The notes beneath the pieces were generated by a model, which had not been told where the DNA came from, made no database searches, and worked only from the letters and a program-made list of their open reading frames with translations. Made by a program: the position numbers and the translations under genes. This document shows positions 59,832 through 64,000 of a stretch of DNA of 64,000 bases, piece after piece (within the stretch, counting starts at the first letter, position 1; each line of letters starts with the position of its first letter). Source of the stretch: Planktothrix sp. GU0601_MAG3 (lineage in GTDB: Bacteria; Cyanobacteriota; Cyanobacteriia; Cyanobacteriales; Microcoleaceae); NCBI GenBank assembly GCA_035193785.1, contig CP136572.1, positions 160,001 through 224,000 on the forward strand, given 5' to 3'.

Positions 59832-60860
59832 ATGAAGTTTAGCATCGTGATTACAACCTATAACCGCATTGCTTTACTAAAACGGGCAATTGATTCTGCA
59901 TTGAAACAAACAATTCCCTGTGAAGTTGTGGTTGCAGATGATAGTTCTTCTGATGAAACAGAAGACTATGTTCGCAATTTATCCGCCTCCTTAGCTGAAC
60001 GGGGAGATCACCGTTTAGTTTACCATCGCAACCCCAGCAATCTAGGCCATTCTGCCACGATGAATGCTGGGGTTAAAGTCGCTTCTGGAGAATGGATTAA
60101 ACCCGTGGATGATGATGATTATTTGGCGGTCAATTGCATTGCAGAAATGAGCAAAGCTATTGAAATCTATCAAACTAAAGTCAATCAAAACTCATCGTTT
60201 CAGGCGGTGATTTGTTCCTGTCAAGCGAGTCAAGTAGACCCTGACGGTCAAGAATTAGGTCGAACTCGCTTAACTGGCCCGGGCACAGTTTATTATATTC
60301 CCCAGGAGGATATTCACTATGGAATGTTATTAGAACAAGTGCCATTTGGAACCCCCATTCAAGTCGCCTATTCCAAAGAAGCGTTTATCAAATCCGGCGG
60401 CTGGGATTCGAGTTTGGATATTAATTGTGATGATATTGATTCTTGGATTAAAATTTCTAAATTTGGAGATGCAATTTTTATTAATCAGTGTTTGGCTTAT
60501 CGAACCATTTGGCCAGGAGCTTTTAATCAAAAATTGTCCCTAAAAAAAAGACTTGATACTAATATTTTAATTAAGGAAAAAATCTATAAATTGGTTAATC
60601 AAAAATATCATATCCAACTCCCTAGGCTTGAACATATCCGTGATTATATCAAACTGCATTGGAGTCTGGTGGCGTTAAAAAGAGCTAAAATTAAAAACGC
60701 TATTTGTTTTTCCTCAAAATCTTTGTTTTCGGCCCAAGGCTGGAAATTATTAATATCTTCTATTTTAAATCGAAGACAACAATGGTCAAAATTAAAACAA
60801 ATGTTAAAAGTAGATAAAACCTCAGAACTTTTCGTCAAAAAAATAATTTTAATTGAATAA
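59832..60860 (+). CDS. Glycosyltransferase family 2
   Basis: SIVITTYNR, DDSSSD and DDDD motifs. Confidence 0.88.
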   Translation: MKFSIVITTYNRIALLKRAIDSALKQTIPCEVVVADDSSSDETEDYVRNLSASLAERGDHRLVYHRNPSNLGHSATMNAGVKVASGEWIKPVDDDDYLAVNCIAEMSKAIEIYQTKVNQNSSFQAVICSCQASQVDPDGQELGRTRLTGPGTVYYIPQEDIHYGMLLEQVPFGTPIQVAYSKEAFIKSGGWDSSLDINCDDIDSWIKISKFGDAIFINQCLAYRTIWPGAFNQKLSLKKRLDTNILIKEKIYKLVNQKYHIQLPRLEHIRDYIKLHWSLVALKRAKIKNAICFSSKSLFSAQGWKLLISSILNRRQQWSKLKQMLKVDKTSELFVKKIILIE

Positions 60861-61653
60861 TATTATGAAACATATTTTAAAAATAGCTCGAACTTTCCTG
60901 TCAACCTACTATGCTTATATGGTTGAATATCGAGCCGAATTATTTTTCTGGGTACTGTCGGGTTCCTTACCTTTTATTTTAATGGGAATTTGGATAAAAG
61001 CCTCCGAAACCGGTAATATTGGACTGAGTTCTATTGAGTTTGCTCGATACTTTTTGGCTGCTTTTATTGTCCGACAAAGTAATGTAGTTTGGGTGATTTG
61101 GGAGTTTGAAAAAGAAGTAATTCAAGGAAAACTTTCCCCTCGATTATTACAACCTATCGATCCAGTTTGGCATCATTTTCTTAGCCATATTGCCGAACGA
61201 TTTGCCCGTTTTCCCTTTATTATTGGACTAATTATTTTATTCTTTGCCCTCTATCCCGAATCTTTTTGGATACCCAGTTTAGGACAAACCCTATTATTTT
61301 TATTAGTATTAATTTTAGCTTTTATGCTGCGGTTTATTATTCAATATACCTTTGCTTTATTATCATTTTGGACAGAAAGAGCCAGCGCCATTGAACAAAT
61401 TTGGTATTTACCCTATATATTTTTATCAGGAATAATTGCCCCTTTAAGCGTCTTTCCTCCCTTGATTCGGGAAATAACATTATGGACTCCCTTTCCCTAC
61501 CTAGTTTATTTTCCCGCTTCTATTATTGTGGGATTTCCGGTTGATGTATTTCGCAGTTTATTTATGATGTTCTTTTGGGGAATTTTATTTTTTATCATTA
61601 ACCGTTGGCTGTGGAAACGGGGATTAAAACAATATTCAGGAATGGGCGCCTAG
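60853..61653 (+). CDS. ABC-2 type transporter permease
   Basis: Six-TM pattern with G.LSPRLLQP, FLSG..APL..FP and terminal YSGMGA. Confidence 0.85.
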   Translation: MNNIMKHILKIARTFLSTYYAYMVEYRAELFFWVLSGSLPFILMGIWIKASETGNIGLSSIEFARYFLAAFIVRQSNVVWVIWEFEKEVIQGKLSPRLLQPIDPVWHHFLSHIAERFARFPFIIGLIILFFALYPESFWIPSLGQTLLFLLVLILAFMLRFIIQYTFALLSFWTERASAIEQIWYLPYIFLSGIIAPLSVFPPLIREITLWTPFPYLVYFPASIIVGFPVDVFRSLFMMFFWGILFFIINRWLWKRGLKQYSGMGA

Positions 61654-61841
61654 TAGTGAGTCCTTTAGGACTCTCTTTCTTTCTGGGAGAAAGCCCTAAA
61701 GGGCTTACTACAAAACTGTAGTGAGTCCTTTAGGACTCTCTTTCTTTCTGGGAGAAAGCCCTAAAGGGCTTACTACAAAACTGTAGTGAGTCCTTTAGGA
61801 CTCTCTTTCTTTCTGGGAGAAAGCCCTAAAGGGCTTACTAC
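61653..61841. repeat. Three tandem 65-bp units of paired GTAG-type REP palindromes
   Basis: GTAGTGAGTCCTTTAGGACT...AGCCCTAAAGGGCTTACTAC at 61653, 61718 and 61783. Related copies at ~26316, ~27752 and 62826-62894. Confidence 0.9.
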
Positions 61842-61888
61842 GATTTAATGGGTTATATTGATATAAATAATCACCGAAAAAAACAACG

Positions 61889-62324
61889 ATGAGACTACTT
61901 CACACAATGTTACGAGTGGGAAACCTAGACCATTCCTTAAAATTTTACTGCGATATTTTAGGCATGAAACTGCTGCGTCAGAAAGATTATCCAGGGGGTG
62001 AATTTACCTTAGCCTTTGTCGGTTATGGCGATGAATCCGATCATAGCGTGATTGAGTTAACCTATAATTGGGGCGTCGAACAATATGAAATTGGTACGGG
62101 TTATGGTCATATTGCCCTCGGTGTTGATGATATTTACGCCACTTGTGAACAAATTAGAGTCGCCGGGGGTAAAATTACCCGTGAAACCTGGCCCGATGAA
62201 ACATGGAAACACTGTAATTGCCTTTGTGGAAGATCCCGATGGTTATAAAATTGAGTTAATTCAGTTAGGAACTCGGGGATCAAATTCTGAAAAAGAAACG
62301 AGTGTTCCTGCTTCTAAAACATAA
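61889..62324 (+). CDS. gloA: Lactoylglutathione lyase; apparent frameshift at ~62184
   Basis: LHTMLRV, ELTYNW, GYGHIA and DPDGYKIEL motifs. Confidence 0.95.
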
Positions 62325-62330
62325 TAAAAT

Positions 62331-62373
62331 CCTACCCTAACCTTTCTCTTACTAATGGGAGGGTTAGGGTGGG
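62331..62373 (+). terminator. Hairpin after gloA
   Basis: CCTACCCTAACC ... GGTTAGGGTGGG inverted repeat. Confidence 0.55.
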
Positions 62374-62673
62374 TTTGGGTTTAATTGTGATCGCTATTAT
62401 GGTATTTTTCTCCCTAGATATCAGAACCCCCCAAACATTTTTATAATGAAAATCAGCATCAGTTTTTGATTAATTATGATCGGGATTTAACCTGATCAAC
62501 AGACTATCGTTTATATCAATTAAAAGTTTGGCTTATGTGTCAATATATTAAGATTGCAAATTTTATACAGCATTATTTCTCAAATCCTGCGAAAATGTTA
62601 GGGAATTTTAGAATTGAGAAAGTAAACTGGCTAAAAAAAGGCGATAACACCTATACGGGAGTTTGTCAATAAT

Positions 62674-62790
62674 ATGGAATGGTCATTTTTAAGAAATTTT
62701 GGAATTACCCTATTTGCCCTTTTAAATCCTTTAGGGATGCTGCCAATTTTTATTAGCTATGTGGGTCGTTAGCAGCCAGGGGTGTAGTTG
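62674..62790 (+). pseudogene. MarC-family N-terminal remnant
   Basis: MEWSFLRNFGITLFALLNPLGMLPIFISYVGR*QPGV* matches the MarC LF.++NP.G..P.F start. Two in-frame TAG stops follow, then REP elements. Confidence 0.6.
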
Positions 62791-62909
62791 CTAAATTTAT
62801 CGCCACTTTTCAAGAGTTTTCCCCCGTAGTGAGTTCTGAAGGACTCAGCCCTAAAGGGCTTACTACGGTTTTTTAGCCCTAAAGGGCTTACTACAATTTA
62901 TGATGGCAA

Positions 62910-63621
62910 ATGAGCTTAGATAAAATTATTGTTCCCTTGGATGTTTCCACAAGAGAAGATGCGATCGCCTTGGTGGAAAAACTGCCTCAAGTCACTTTTT
63001 GGAAAGTGGGTTTGGAATTATTTGTTAGTTGTGGCCCAGAAATTTTAACTTTCCTCAAATCTCAAGAAAAACGCATTTTTCTGGATTTGAAATTCCATGA
63101 TATTCCTAATACCGTTGCGGGCGCCTGTCGGTCGGCTTCTCGATATGGTGTGGATTTAATTACCCTCCATGCAACGGCCGGAAAAACAGCCCTGAAAGCC
63201 GCACAAATCGCCGCCGAAGCTGGTGCAAAAGATGCGGGTTATCCCGTCCCCAAATTAATCGCTATTACCCTATTAACCAGTTTAAATTCTAGGGATTTAG
63301 CCTTTGATTTAAAAGTGCCTTTGGAGTTACCGGAATATGCCTTACAAATGGCTTTATTAGCTCAAGAAAGTGGGTTGGCGGGGGCCGTTTGTTTCTCCCC
63401 AGGAAGTCGCCCAACTGCGTCAAACCTGTGGGGATGATTTTCTATTAGTTTGTCCGGGGGTACGTCCCACTTGGGCGGAAAAGGGCGATCAACAACGGAC
63501 TTTTACCCCGGTTGAAGCCCTGAAAGCCGGGGCGAATTATCTAGTTATCGGACGTCCGATCACCGCCGCCGATGACCCCGTAACGGCCCTAGAACTTATT
63601 ATTGAGGAAATCGGTAATTAG
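62910..63621 (+). CDS. pyrF: Orotidine-5'-phosphate decarboxylase; apparent frameshift at ~63392
   Basis: [21 protein letters not shown] and VIGRPIT motifs. Confidence 0.96.
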
Positions 63622-63625
63622 TTGA

Positions 63626-64000
63626 TTATAGTCCCAAATCAACGGCTACCCGATGGGCGCAGGCGAAGCCGGAGAAGGCGACGGCGTTTAATCCTTGGCC
63701 GGGGAAAGTGCTATCACCGACACAATATAACCCTCGGATGGAAGTGCGGTTAAAGGGCATTCCTAGGAGTCCTTTTAACTTATAGGCGGGGATGGGGCCA
63801 TAGGTTCCATCCTGTCGGTTTAAAAAGCGACGGTGCGATCGCGCGGTGCCCACTTCCATATAGTCTAAACCCGCATCTAACCCGGGGAATAGTATTTCTA
63901 AACGATCGATAATTCTGCCCGCGGCTTGTTCTTTTTTGGCTTCATATTCAAACTCGGGTAATTTTTGCCAATCATCGATCCAACTGGGGGTAAAAGCATG
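63626..64000 (-). CDS. crtH: Carotenoid isomerase, C-terminal part (runs off the window)
   Basis: GTYGPIP...LLGMPFNRT...[22 protein letters not shown]. Confidence 0.88.
   Translation of the reverse strand, partial: HAFTPSWIDDWQKLPEFEYEAKKEQAAGRIIDRLEILFPGLDAGLDYMEVGTARSHRRFLNRQDGTYGPIPAYKLKGLLGMPFNRTSIRGLYCVGDSTFPGQGLNAVAFSGFACAHRVAVDLGL

Noticed and set aside
61653..61841. CRISPR array (65-bp period)
   Set aside because: The units are identical with no unique spacers; they are REP-like palindromes.

Overview
This is a chromosomal window from a filamentous cyanobacterium (Oscillatoriales, Planktothrix-like by inference from frequent HIP1 GCGATCGC sites, short tandem repeats, petH with a CpcD domain, psb35, urtA and crtH). 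Most of it is housekeeping: bioB-bioY-lspA, a PBP, fbaA, tRNA-Lys, urtA, leuS, petH, pnp, SNF2-SWIM, hom, gloA, pyrF and crtH. Two things stand out. (1) 8349-13431 (-) is one ~1690-aa gene once four single-base insertions are removed. It joins a HEAT-like N-terminus, WD40 repeats and about 8 Ig-like repeats in frame to a complete, diverged extra copy of RNA polymerase alpha (RpoA) with a tandemly duplicated alpha-CTD. It lies head-to-head with an HNH-like membrane protein gene and next to a type II R-M system, suggesting an undescribed RNAP-alpha decoy, sensor or regulator system. (2) All 29 frameshifts I traced, many in essential genes, are repaired by deleting base(s) at GAAAC/GTTTC to restore GAAC/GTTC. 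They are probably motif-specific sequencing errors rather than pseudogenes, and the motif is the classic Dnd phosphorothioation site. Smaller accessory modules include an ABC-ATPase plus PD-(D/E)XK-like pair, an orphan antitoxin plus DUF3223/HNH-like gene, a GDSL-LysM gene whose start is caught in a 107-bp tandem repeat, and a marC remnant.
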